Source: Plasmodiophora brassicae (Eukaryota). From it: a stretch of 64,000 bases of DNA. The translations under genes were made by a program, and so were the position numbers. Below are positions 21,968 through 33,024 of the stretch, one piece after another. The stretch lies in NCBI GenBank assembly GCA_036867785.1, contig CP145427.1, positions 62,001-126,000 on the forward strand, read 5' to 3'. Positions within the stretch are counted from its first letter, which is position 1. Every line of letters starts with the position of its first letter. Under the pieces are notes generated by a model that worked only from the letters and a program-made list of their open reading frames with translations, was not told the origin of the DNA and ran no database searches.

Positions 21968-22327
21968 ATGGCGCCCCCCAGGGCCAGCAAGAAGTCGACG
22001 ATCGCGAAGAAGCGCGTGTCGAAATCGGTCGCGAAACGAAAGGGTCGCCACGTCACTGCCGTGCGACGGCATAGGTCCATGGTTGTCGTTGTGTTCGGCG
22101 GTGCTGATGATGCGGCGCCGCCAGCGTGTCCGGGCGACGCGAGGCGCATCGCTGGGGCTGACCGCCCGCGTCGCGACGACTCCGAACTGGTGGCCAAGAC
22201 GTTGCCGTACTGTGCGGGCGTGTTCCGCGTTCTGGTCCTGACCGCGGCCGTCCTCAGCCCCCTCCAGGTCATTGTCGCGTTCATCGGCGCGCTCAACAAG
22301 ACCTTCGACCAGATGGGCTCGACGTGA
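21968..22327 (+). CDS. Small hypothetical protein (basic N-terminus, hydrophobic C-terminus)
   Basis: ATG ORF with a K/R-rich start and VLVLTAAVLSPLQVIVAFIGAL. A probable internal intron. Confidence 0.45.
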   Translation: MAPPRASKKSTIAKKRVSKSVAKRKGRHVTAVRRHRSMVVVVFGGADDAAPPACPGDARRIAGADRPRRDDSELVAKTLPYCAGVFRVLVLTAAVLSPLQVIVAFIGALNKTFDQMGST

Positions 22328-22375
22328 CATACAGGCACCACACTTGGTTTTATTATGGGTCTCGGCACACGTCGG

Positions 22376-23665
22376 CTATGATGCGAACAGGTGGGTGAAC
22401 AGCTGGTCGATGTCGAAGTCCACGCCGGGCACGTGGCCAGACGGGGCCATGAAGTTGACGATCTTGTCGTGGACGACGTATCGGATCTTGCGACCCTTGC
22501 TGGCGCGCCGGTCCACAACCTTCCCGGCGGGGCGCGCCCCGGACCGGTTCCGCCTCGACGTGCTAAGCGCGCCTACATCATCGGCGCCGGAGACGAGGTC
22601 CTTCAGAAGGAGCCGATAGAGATCAGCGTCGTCATAACGATCGGGTCTTTGTCCTGTGCAAAGCGTCCCGGGGTCGCTATCCGGAACAGCAGATGCTCGT
22701 TCGATATGTGGGCCCACGTTCGCCATGGCAGTGCGAAGCTGATCGCGAACGCTCTGGTTCAGCGCCTTGAACTTCTTGTTCGTGAGCGACCGCCCGCCGG
22801 ACGCGATCTGCGTTCGTCGCGTCCAGACGTCGATCTGGTCGTCACGGAACGTTCGCAGTGATTCGAACCGGGCGTCGATCCTCGACCAAATCCCGTCAAG
22901 CGTGTGGTCAGGGCCACACTCAATCTCGTCGACGGCGACAGGGAAGGTCGACGTTCCAGACAGCAGGCGACGCTCCAAGTCCAGCGCAAGTTTCAGGGAG
23001 GACCGGAGACCGGATCTAGCCGAAGACAAGGCCTGTTGAATGTCGGGGCGGGTCTGACACAGGGCGTCCACCTCATCTTCCCCATGGGGAAGCCGAGACA
23101 CGATCTGCATGGGGCGTTGCAAGGCGATGCGCACGTCAAGGCAGGCATCGTAGAGGCGTCGTTGTCGGCGGACGGCGGCAGCTTTGTTAACGTCGACCTC
23201 GGACGACTGCGATTGCCGGAACAGGAACGCGTTGTCGTCCTCCTCGAGGGCCTCGAGTTCGTCGAGAGCAGCAGAAGCTGGCGCCGAATCCAATTCGTTC
23301 TGTTCATCGGCACTGGAATCCACGTCGTCGTCGTCGTCGTCATCGACGACGTGTGAGACCAACTCGTCATCGTCATCGTCATCACCGTCGTCAGACTCCT
23401 CCAGCAACTCCCTTCGACTGACGACAGCCCCATCGTAGATGGCGTCATCAGTCTTGGCGGCGCCAGCGGCTTTCCGCGCGGCTTTCCAGCGCCGGTACAG
23501 GTCCTGCTCCTTATCGCTGGCGACATCATCATCATGAGCGTCGTCGAGCTGCGCCGACCCGAACTGGTCAACGTCCTCGGGATCGACATCCGTTCGTCCT
23601 CGTTTCCGGGCGGCGGCCCCTTCCCAGGCGGCCCGGTGGTGGCCGTTGACGGTGACGGCTGTCAT
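22376..23665 (-). CDS. BFR2: AATF/Bfr2 small-subunit ribosome biogenesis factor
   Basis: Acidic N-terminus, LYDACLDVRIALQR, KKFKALNQS, YDDADLYRLLLKDLV and the TRAUB-domain end VDRRASKGRKIRYVVHDKIVNFMAP. Confidence 0.95.
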   Translation of the reverse strand: MTAVTVNGHHRAAWEGAAARKRGRTDVDPEDVDQFGSAQLDDAHDDDVASDKEQDLYRRWKAARKAAGAAKTDDAIYDGAVVSRRELLEESDDGDDDDDDELVSHVVDDDDDDDVDSSADEQNELDSAPASAALDELEALEEDDNAFLFRQSQSSEVDVNKAAAVRRQRRLYDACLDVRIALQRPMQIVSRLPHGEDEVDALCQTRPDIQQALSSARSGLRSSLKLALDLERRLLSGTSTFPVAVDEIECGPDHTLDGIWSRIDARFESLRTFRDDQIDVWTRRTQIASGGRSLTNKKFKALNQSVRDQLRTAMANVGPHIERASAVPDSDPGTLCTGQRPDRYDDADLYRLLLKDLVSGADDVGALSTSRRNRSGARPAGKVVDRRASKGRKIRYVVHDKIVNFMAPSGHVPGVDFDIDQLFTHLFAS

Positions 23666-23815
23666 GGCTGACGTTGTCGTCGGAGTCCGCCACGGACTCC
23701 GTGACAGCGGCGGGGGTCCACGACGGAAAAAACATCGTCGTGCAAAGTTGCTGCAAAGTGATGACGGGAACGCCGTGGGGCGTGCTGCGCATAGTCCCCG
23801 CGGCGGTCTGTGTCG

Positions 23816-24451
23816 ATGGCCGCTGCCGTGCGGAAGGTCGTCAAGTTGTCGGCCACGGCGCGCACCGCGCACGGGACGCACGCGTGCCGGGCGCTCCGCG
23901 GCAGCGGCGTCGTCCCGTCCGTGATCCACGGGCGTCGCCGGGACGACGAGATGCTGATCCAGATCGCGCACAAGGACATCGCGCAGGTCGTGCGCCTGCC
24001 CTGGTTCTGGAACACGGTCTACGACATCGACGTCGAGGGCAAAGGCGTGTTCCGCGTCATCCCGCGGTGCTTCCAGCGCCACCGCATGTTCTACCAGAAC
24101 ACGGTCAGCGTGACGTTCATGACGTTCACACCGTTCACGCGGCACCGCGTCCGGGTCCCCGTCATTCTTGAGAACACCGACAGCTGTTTCGGCGTGAAAC
24201 GCGGTGGCAAGATGAAGGTCACGCAGGACTACCTGAACTGCTGGTGGGCGGGCGACCACAACATCCCGCAGCAGATCCTGGTCGACACGCGCAACATGGA
24301 CATCGGCGACGTCGTCCACAGCAACAACTGCGGGCTGCCCGACGGCCTCGTCCCGGACAAAGCGTACCACCAGTTCCCGTTCGTGTCCGTCACCGGCGGG
24401 CAGAGCATGGAGTCGCTGGCCGCCACCGAGGCCAAGGCCAAAGCCAAATGA
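23816..24451 (+). CDS. rplY: Mitochondrial ribosomal protein bL25 (L25/CTC family)
   Basis: RALRGSGVVPSVIHG, VIPRCFQRH, VRVPVIL..GVKRGG and IPQQILVDTRNMDIGDVVH..LPDG match L25 plus its C-terminal beta domain. Confidence 0.9.
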   Translation: MAAAVRKVVKLSATARTAHGTHACRALRGSGVVPSVIHGRRRDDEMLIQIAHKDIAQVVRLPWFWNTVYDIDVEGKGVFRVIPRCFQRHRMFYQNTVSVTFMTFTPFTRHRVRVPVILENTDSCFGVKRGGKMKVTQDYLNCWWAGDHNIPQQILVDTRNMDIGDVVHSNNCGLPDGLVPDKAYHQFPFVSVTGGQSMESLAATEAKAKAK

Positions 24452-24486
24452 AAAACGGGTCGCCGTCATCCACACCAGCACCTTCA

Positions 24487-25610
24487 TTACAACGGTGTAT
24501 CGCAGGGCGCGTCTTCGGGCAGCGGGCGGATGCTGTCGAGGATCGCCTGGAGCTCGACGTCGTTCGAGTTGAGCACTGTCGGGTCCGGCAGGGCGAACGG
24601 CCCACATTCCATCCGGCATAGGTGCGACGTGAAGGCGCACGAGCCAACCGCAGCGCCCAGGTCGCGTACCTGTTCGGAGTGGCGTTATTACGCTCGCAGA
24701 CACCATGGACGTGGGCCACCACTGCTTACGAAGGACCGCACGTAGAACCCCGGCCCGCAACGAATGTCTGGCAGGGGCAATGTCATCTGGACGCACGTGT
24801 GGCAGGACGTGTCGAACAAACCAGTACGGACCGAAGTGGATATCGGGGAGGCGGAACTGGACCAGCTCGAGGCGGTGGACCTCGACCTGGCGCGCTGGGA
24901 GGTCGACGGCCTCGCCTTTCCGGACGCGGTCGCTGCAGCGGACGCCGCCAATCTTCAGCGCGGAATACCTGTGCGGCGCGTGTCACGAGCCGGCGCTGAC
25001 GAGCGCGCAACGGGGCGGAACGTACTGGGGCGGGACTTGCCAGACGGTCCCAGTCAATCGCGTCAGCGCGTCCTGGACAGCGTCCTTCGTGACATGTTCT
25101 ACAGACGCGAGTGAGAGGCTTGGAAAGCTAAACGGGGAGTCGCGGCCGCTGCCAGACCGAATGGCATTGTTTCTACGACCTTGCCGTGCGGGTCCAGTGT
25201 ATCGGTGGACGTCCCAAGCGTGGCGATGCAGCGATACCGTTTCGGACCGTGAAGGACACTCGTCAAGCGCTTGGTGGCCGGCCCGATGCCGAGGACGAGC
25301 AATCCTGGAGCAGCACGGTCAACAACAGCGGGCATGACACGCCGGACGGCAGACCTTCCGCGAAATAGTCCAACGTCCCCCCATGCCCGACCTTGAGTTT
25401 GGATGGGTAATCGCCGTGCCTGCGCAACGTCCTTTTCACCCTGCACAACGCAATGACGGAAACGTCGGCGATGAGCAAGACGGCCCGCGCGTATCGGTGA
25501 CGGGCCGTCCACCTGGCGCAGACGTCCGCGGACAGCGTCCCTGGCGCTTTGTAGATCGGAAGGAACCCGGACGTCGGGACGGGGCGCAGAGACGTCCGCG
25601 CGGCCACCAT
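24487..25610 (-). CDS. truB: tRNA pseudouridine(55) synthase, TruB family, multi-exon
   Basis: GFLPIYKAPG, KVGHGGTLDYFAEG/LLVLGIG, LGTSTDTLD, YSALKIGG, CGPGFYVRSF/VRDLG..CGPF. Stop TAA at 24487-24489. Confidence 0.92.
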
Positions 25611-25857
25611 GCTGCAGCTTCGACGTGCGGCCAGCGCCGGCAGCGACGGGAACAACACCGTGCGAAGACGGCGCGCGTCACGTAACGCGCAAAACGTCCG
25701 CAGCAGCAAGGAGGGCCGCCGAGGGATGCCCTGCGGCGATCCCCACTAGCTGGTGCCGCGCCCCCTTTCGTTTGTCCCACGAATTCATTCGTCCATTAGC
25801 ATTCCGCGTCGTACTATTAACCCATTGGACGTTGACGCACGCAGCGCAGCGCGTTGC

Positions 25858-27698
25858 TCAGCACGCAAAGAGAATGACCCACATAATGACGAACACGGCG
25901 GAGAACACGCCCACCTGGATCGCGTCCGGCGACGGGTACGCGGGAGTACTGTCGTGGCGCGGGCGCTTCGCACGGCTGGCGGCCGTCCCCTCTTCTTCCA
26001 CAGGTATCTCCCTGCGAGGTCTCTTCCTCGATACCCGATCAGCAGCACGCCTGCTTGCAGTCTGGTTGAAGCGGCCAACTAGGACATGCTCGTCTGCCGT
26101 GCACGTGCCTCCAGGCTGCGTACCCTCTTGAAACCGGATCGACCCGTCACGTGGGTCCCTACGCGCAGCCAGGTTGGCAACCTGACCCACGTCATCGTCG
26201 TCCTGCTCGCTCTGGATACGTTCCTCTCGACCATCGTCGCCGTCATCGTCCTTCACACGGTCGTCGTCGCCTTCATCGCTCCCGTTACGGGTCACCGTGT
26301 CAGCGACCAGCTGCAGGCCGTTGCCGCGTTCCGGTGCCGTTGTCCTTCCCACAGAGCCCGCCCGTACGCCGTCGGTATCGTCAGGTTCCGGCGCCAACCC
26401 CGACTTGGCCTGGACGCACGCCCCAACTGGTCGCGCACCGATGACGGTACACCTCCCACGACGTCCATCCGCGACTTGCGAGCTGGCACCCAGACTTCGA
26501 TGACGCGCCGGATCGCGATGGTCCCCGGCAGACGACGACGTCGGGTCGTCGCAGGAATTGACAGGCGCCGCTAGGAGCGGTACTGGGCACAGGTGTACGC
26601 TGCCCTGCGGCGGCGGCGGTTGCCCAGCCAGCAGCGATCTGGCCTCCGTTGCAGACGGCGACTCGCTCTGCGCCACCGGGTGGCCGTCTTCGGCAACCGG
26701 ACGCAAGATTCGGTCGAGGCCCCTCAGGGTTCGGAATTCCTGGGTGCGCTGCCTCAGAGTGGCAATGGCTAACAGTAGATCACATCGCAGAGTCTTGAGC
26801 TCGCTGGCGCTCTGCCAGGGACCCGCCTGACGTTCGCGTTGGGGCTCCACGACCGCGTCCGGCGGGTCAGGCGTCGCAGGAGGGTCAGGGAGTACCGGGG
26901 AGCGCGCGTCGTCGGGACCAGGCGACGGGCGATGTTCGCACCATGGCGACGCTCCTAGGATGTGTTCCATCACGTCCCCGTGATCGGCTGTGCCGAGGTC
27001 GTCACCACCGCCTCGGATCGACCCATACCGGGGGACCGTAGTACGCCAGTCGACGTGGCCGGCGGGCAGGTTCATGGCCACCAGCGACAAGCGACGTGAA
27101 CCTCCGACGGTCCGACGGGTGCCACATAGGTACGTTCAAACCACATACGTCCCCGGCAACGCGTGTATCGTCATCACATGCGCACGCCATCACGGTTGTC
27201 GTCGTCGTCATCGCGACACGGGAGACTTGTGTCGCCAGGTTCACGCGCCCGCTGCCGGTGACCCGGAATCGGATCATCGCCGCCGCCAGGGACTGATCAC
27301 CGAATCGTAAGTGCCAGATGAATCAGGCGCAGCGCGTTCTTACAGAGCGTCCGGAAAGGCGTCGTGGTGGTGGGCGGACCGGGCCTGGATTTGGAGCGTT
27401 CAATCATGGTCGCCAGCGCGTCCTGCAGCGGGACCTTCGTCGGGCTGGGCGACCCGATCAGCCGGTTCGTCCAGCGCGCTCGCGTCGTCGCACGGGGCGA
27501 CGACGCCGGCGGCGACAGCGGCTGCACCGGCCGGTTGGGCAAGGCGGCCACCTCGGCCCGCACCGTGAACCGGTGCGGGACCGACGACGACGGCGACAAC
27601 GTGTCCGGCGGATGGTACGCCATATCATCGCCCGGCGTCCGCTTCACCCGTTTCCTCGGCGTCGACGACGTCTCAGCGCCATCGTCCGTGCTGGCCAT
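25858..27698 (-). CDS. Hypothetical low-complexity (disordered, probably nuclear) protein, multi-exon
   Basis: ORFs 27297-27698 (MASTDDG..PRKRVKR) and 25858-27090 are P/S/D-rich with NLS-like basic clusters. No recognisable domain. Boundaries are uncertain. Confidence 0.45.
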
Positions 27699-28340
27699 AT
27701 CCGGACGCTGTTCCCCGCCGGGAGCGAAAGGGAGCCCGACGCTCAGCTTTTACTTTGGCGCGGACCCGCGCGCGTGCTATCGACACGCGTTCCGATTACA
27801 CCACGCTTCCTGAAACCTTGTCGGCGGCAGCACATTCGAATGCCACGTTTCAAACGACGTCGGCCCTATGCCGACGCGTTCCTGAACGTCACCCCAAGGC
27901 CTCGTGGGCCAGATCGCGTTCCACGATATGGCCTATGAAGTCGAAACCCATCCTCGGTACCCAGAGGCCAATCGCTGGTCCTCGTGCATTGGGCGCGGTT
28001 TCGCATCAGATCACTACGACTCTACCGACGGAGACGACTGTATACCGTAGATGTCTCCTAGACGGGCTTATACGCTGATCAGTTTCGGGGGGAGCGCCGC
28101 CCCTCGTGAAAATTCGCGGTTGCCGAGACAAACAGGGGCGGCGCCGTGTGTGCGGGTTCGTGCCTCGTGGGACCCGCCGCTTCGAGGCGCGCCGTCAAAA
28201 AAGGGCCATGTGTATCGTGAGTTCGTGACGAAACGTCGGGCCGAGGGGCGGGGCCGGTCGCACTGCCGCTGGTCGGCGTGATGCGCTCGGCGGCCATGCG
28301 TCCCACGCACCGGTCGCGATCGCTGCTGCCGGCGCCGTCG

Positions 28341-30360
28341 ATGGCGACGGGCCGCCCGGGCCCCACCGGCCTGCTCGTGCTGCGGCACACGGCGGACGGC
28401 GGCGACGAGCTGGTCGGCGGCGCCGAGCCGAAGCGGGCGCGGTCCGAGGCCGATGCCGCCTCGGTGACGCCGTCCAACAACCCGTGGCTGTCCATGGAGC
28501 TGATGGCGACGTCCCCGACGCGGGCCGTCCCCGTCGAGAAAATCGCCTGGCCGACCGACCCCGCCGACGTCACCGTCGACGTCGTCATACGGCTCGTCGA
28601 CGCCCTGCGACTGTGCGGGAAGGACCCCGGCACGATTCGACGAGTGTTCACGTTCGCGAACCTGTCCCGCCTCATCAGGCAGGCGGAAACCGGTCGGTTC
28701 TGGCGGGTCTGCCTGGCCCCCCCACACCGAGTGTACCAATGTTCGTTTGCCCCTTGCAGCGCTTCAGGCGTGCCCGAACGTGTGAGCGACGGTACTGCCG
28801 CCCGCTCGTCGTGTCGCGTAACGCTGTGCTGCTGCTTGCAGAGTGACGGTCGTTGCTCCCGACGACGGCGCCGCCCTGAACGTGTTCGGGGACACGCACG
28901 GTGCGGCACGTTCCTCGCGCGATCGCATTGTCGCATCGCGCTCATGTCGCACGTCGGCCAGGGCAATTCTACGACCTGCTGAACGTGTTCAGCGTCAACG
29001 GGTACCCGTCGATGCAGAACTGGGTGTGTGTGGCAGCAGCGCGCGTTTCGCGACCGCGGTTGATGGTTGCTGTTTCGCCCCCCAATAGTACATCTTCAAC
29101 GGCGACTTCGTCGACAGAGGCAGCTGGGGGCTCGAGGTGGCCGTCACCCTGTTCGCCTTCAAACTGCTGGTAACGCCACTGGACCCGTCCCGCATCCGCC
29201 TGACCGTTGGTGTGCCCCTGGGCAGTACCCGGGCGCCGTGCACTTGATCAGGGGCAACCACGAAACCCTGTACTGCACTCGAACATACGGTGGGCACGCG
29301 CGGTGCTTGTCGGCATGGCATGACAGTGCACCCATTGCCCGTCCCCCCATCAGGATTCATGGAGGAGTGCAAGGTCAAGTACAGCAAGGCGATCTACGCC
29401 AAATTCCATTCCGCCTTCTCTCGGCTGCCGCTGGCCTGCGTCATTCTACCGTCCGGGAGCACGGTACCGGGTGCGTCGTCACGATCGGTGCAGGAAACGG
29501 TGCTCTGGCGCTTCCTGACGTCCGTGTCCTGTACACAGCGACCCCGGACGGCCTGCCCGCCGGATCTGGCCTGGGCATCTTTGTCGTGCACGGCGGCCTG
29601 TATCGCCAGCCAGACGGTTCTGCCGGAACCTTGTCGCAGCTCCAAGCAGTCAAGCGCAACGTGAAGGACCCGCAAGGTACGTCAACGACGCTGCCGGCCC
29701 GCCCTCCACCCGACGTCTGACAGGACGCGCCTGCAGCCGAGGTACTGCTAGACGCCCTTTGGTCGGACCCGCAGACGGTGCCCGGGATCGAGGACAACAC
29801 GTTGAGGGGGTGTGCCACGTATGCCACCGGCTGCCCCTACTCGGCTGCCGATCCGTCTGACGCGTGCCAGGCTGTTCGGGCCCGACGTCACGGAGGCGTT
29901 CCTGAAGGCGCACGGCCTGTCCCTGCTCGTTCGATCGCACGAGGGGCCGGATGCGCGAGAGAAGCGCCCGCACATGCCGAACAGTACGTCGTGAGCGTGC
30001 GGCGCTGGCGTCTGTGAGGCTTAGCCAGCTGCCTCGTCCAGACATGATGTCCGGGTTCGGCATCGACCAGACGTATGGGGAGACGGGGGCGCCGCTCTGC
30101 ATCTCCATCTTCTCGGCGCCCAACTACCCCATGGGGTCGACCGCCCGGGGCAACCTGGGCGCGTTCCTCCGGTTCGACGGCCCAAGACTCAGGTTGCCTG
30201 CTGCTACTGCGAGATCGCACGTGTCGTCTGACACCGTCCTGGCAGGACGCTCGAGCCCGAGGTCAAACAATTCGGGGCGGTGACGCGCCCGCCCGTCCGC
30301 ACCTACTTTGTCGAGCCGCAGCCCGACCTGACCGACATGAGCGATGGGACGCCGAGATAA
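28341..30360 (+). CDS. PPP-family Ser/Thr protein phosphatase, PP7-like, multi-exon
   Basis: GDTHG/Q, FNGDFVDRGSWGLEV, RGNHETLYCTRTYG/F, VHGGLYR, LWSDP, FGPDVTEAFL, RSHEGPDAREKR and IFSAPNYP. Last exon TLEPEVKQFGAVTRPPVRTYF ends at TAA 30358-30360. Alternative upstream ATG at 28281. Confidence 0.92.
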
Positions 30361-30385
30361 AGGGCGGCCGTTGTACGCATGACAG

Positions 30386-30779
30386 TTATCGTGGGTTGGG
30401 CGACGTGTCGGCGTCGTAGTACGAGTCCATGTACGCAGGGACCGGCTGCGGGCGCATGCCCTGGTGATGCTTGCGCGACGAGGGCATCGTCCCGCGCGTC
30501 ACGTTGTACAGACGCGGCGACGCGATCCCGTAGTGCAGCGCGAGGTCAACCCTGTGCAACCATCATCGGCATCGCCAACACGGCCCGCGGGAACGACGCG
30601 ATCCGGTACCGGGTGTTGCCCTCGAACAGTTTCGCGTCAATCTCCTGCGCGTCCGTCAGCGCCGCGTTCTTCTCGAACAGCGACCGCGCCTCGTCGCGTA
30701 TCGTCCTGCCCTCATCCGGCCCGAACCGGCGCGACGCCCGCAGGATGCGACGGTACAGGTTCAGGGCGGCGCGCGTCAT
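30386..30779 (-). CDS. LYRM1: LYR-motif protein 1-like mitochondrial protein (2 exons)
   Basis: ALNLYRRILRASRRF..IRDEARSLFEKN spliced to VDLALHYGIASPRL..PAYMDSY, the LYRM1 pattern. Confidence 0.8.
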
Positions 30780-30977
30780 CCGTCCACTTCAACTCCGTCG
30801 GTGGGCCCCGCGCTGACGACCCTTTTTGCCGTCCTCCGGGCCTCGTTCTCCGACCTCCCGTCGGGGGCCGTAACGGTTCCCCGTCGGTAGTTCGCAGTCA
30901 CGCCGTCGTCTCCAGATGCAGTTCACGACACAGTTCGAGCCGCTGTCAATCATGTCGCCAGTACCAGTGGTCTGTTT

Positions 30978-32702
30978 TTAGACGCGTAGCTGCACGTCCT
31001 GGGCGGAGCGCAGGTCGTCCGTGTAACAGTCGAGGACGGGCTGGACGTGGCCGCGAAGGAATTCGTCGACCTGTTCGGGAGCACGTCCCTACCGCGACCC
31101 TGCGATTAGTCGGACGGCAACGGACGAACAGCGCGAATGCCTCGCCTACGATGAATGCGCGTGGGTCGACGATCGTCGACAGGGAAGAGGCGGCCGGGGC
31201 GAAGATGGGGTCGTTGGCGATGCGCTCGAGCAGGTCGTTGTCGGCGCCGGATTGCTTAACGGCGCAGCCGGCGGCCATGGAATGCTCACGGATGGCTTCG
31301 TGGACGGCCTGGCGGTCGCCGCCGGCCTGGACGCATGCCATCAGGATGTTCTCGGTGGCCATGAACGGAAGCTCCGCGTTGACGTGCTTCTCGATGACCA
31401 GGGGCCACACCTGACCAACGACAACGTTAGTCAGGAAGGTCGTTACAGGGTGCGGAAACGTGCCTGGAGCCCTGAGAAAACGTTACGCGCGACGTCGAGA
31501 ATCGCATCGACGCCGAGGAACGCTTCCGGAATGCAGATGCGCCTGTTCGCCGAATCATCGAGGGTGCGCTCCAGCCATTGCGTGCACGCCGTGTTGGTCG
31601 CGTTCGACAGCAACGAGGTCACGTAGCGCGCTATTGAACAAATGCGCTCGCATCGCATGGGGTTCCTCTTGTACGCCATCGCCGATGACCCGATCTGGCG
31701 AAAACACTCAGCAACGATCCAAAGCGGCAGTGCCGAACGCGTTGCACCTGGTGCGACTCGAACGGCTCCTCAATCTCCTTCGTGCTCGCCAGTAGGCGAA
31801 TGTCGGTGGCGAATTTATGCGCCGATTGTGCAATCGATGACAGAACGGCCAGGACTCGGAAATCCAGCTTGCGAGTGTACGTCTGGCCCTAAGCAGCGCT
31901 ATAACCCATCAGGCGCAGGAATCACCAATGAAGCGTGGTCCAAACACCGTTATCGGGAGCACACGGGCGAACCCCATCTTGTCGGAGACCCGACGGTCGA
32001 GTTCGACGACCTTAGCGTGGTCGCCGCTGAACAACGCGAGGAACGACGCCTGAGTGCCTGTGGTGCCCTTGACGCCCCGGAACGGGAGTTCGTCGATCAT
32101 TCGCGACAGATCGTGCAGGTCGATGAGGAAGTCCTGCATCCACATGCAGATGCGCTTGCCGACGGTCGTTAGCTGAGCGGGCTGGAGATGCGTGTAACCC
32201 AGCGTGGGCAACGCCCGATGCGTTCGCGCCTGCCTGCCCATGACGTCGAGCAGGCGGACGACCTTCTTGCGTACGAGGACCAGGGCGTTGCGCATTTGAA
32301 TCAGGTCGGCGTTATCAGTGACGAAGCAGGACGTGCAGCCGAGATGGATGATCTTGACGGCCGTCGGGCATTGCAACCCCCATGCTTTCACATGCGCCAT
32401 CACATCGTGCCGGACGTTGCGCTCGATCTCGGCGGCGACGTCAAAGTTCACGTCGTCCAGGGTCTGGCGCATCTCGTCCAGCGCCTGCGCCGTGACCTGA
32501 TCAATGCCGAGCTCGCGTTGCGTCTCCGCCAGGCACAGCCACACTGCGACGGCGCTCAGTCTGGCGCGCGGATCGGGCAGTGAACCGACTGACGTCGTCG
32601 CCAGGTGGAGAACTTCACCTGGGCCGACCACGCCCGCGTCATCTCCGCGCTGGCGTACCGCGACACTAACGGGTTCTCGTACGCCGCCGTCGACGTCGCC
32701 AT
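30978..32702 (-). CDS. ADSL: Adenylosuccinate lyase, multi-exon
   Basis: [81 protein letters not shown] and [14 protein letters not shown]. Confidence 0.97.
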
Positions 32703-33024
32703 CTCCGCCACGCGGAATGCCGCCTCGACTGCTACACGAGCAGGAGTACTGCGCGACTGTGCATCGCGTGCAGCTCGCACGGGGACCCTGTTACGCCGCG
32801 CCCACCTGACGTTACACAGGCAGCTACGGGCAGACCCGACAGGCGGACAGCAGATATCAGCAAGCGTTGAGCAGCACCAGTGAACCGCAGACGTCGTTGA
32901 CGGCGCATGTAAAATTTCCCTACAGTAGTATAGGCGTAAACGTGCGTGAATCGCTCTGTGGCAATGTATTGCAAGACGACACGTGATGAGATGTCGGTGA
33001 TGGATGTGCAGGAAAACGTGGCTC

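Noticed and set aside
23666-24796. N-terminal half of the 806-aa minus-strand ORF as part of BFR2
   Set aside because: It is the antisense shadow of the bL25 gene. AATF similarity begins only after the ATG at 23665.
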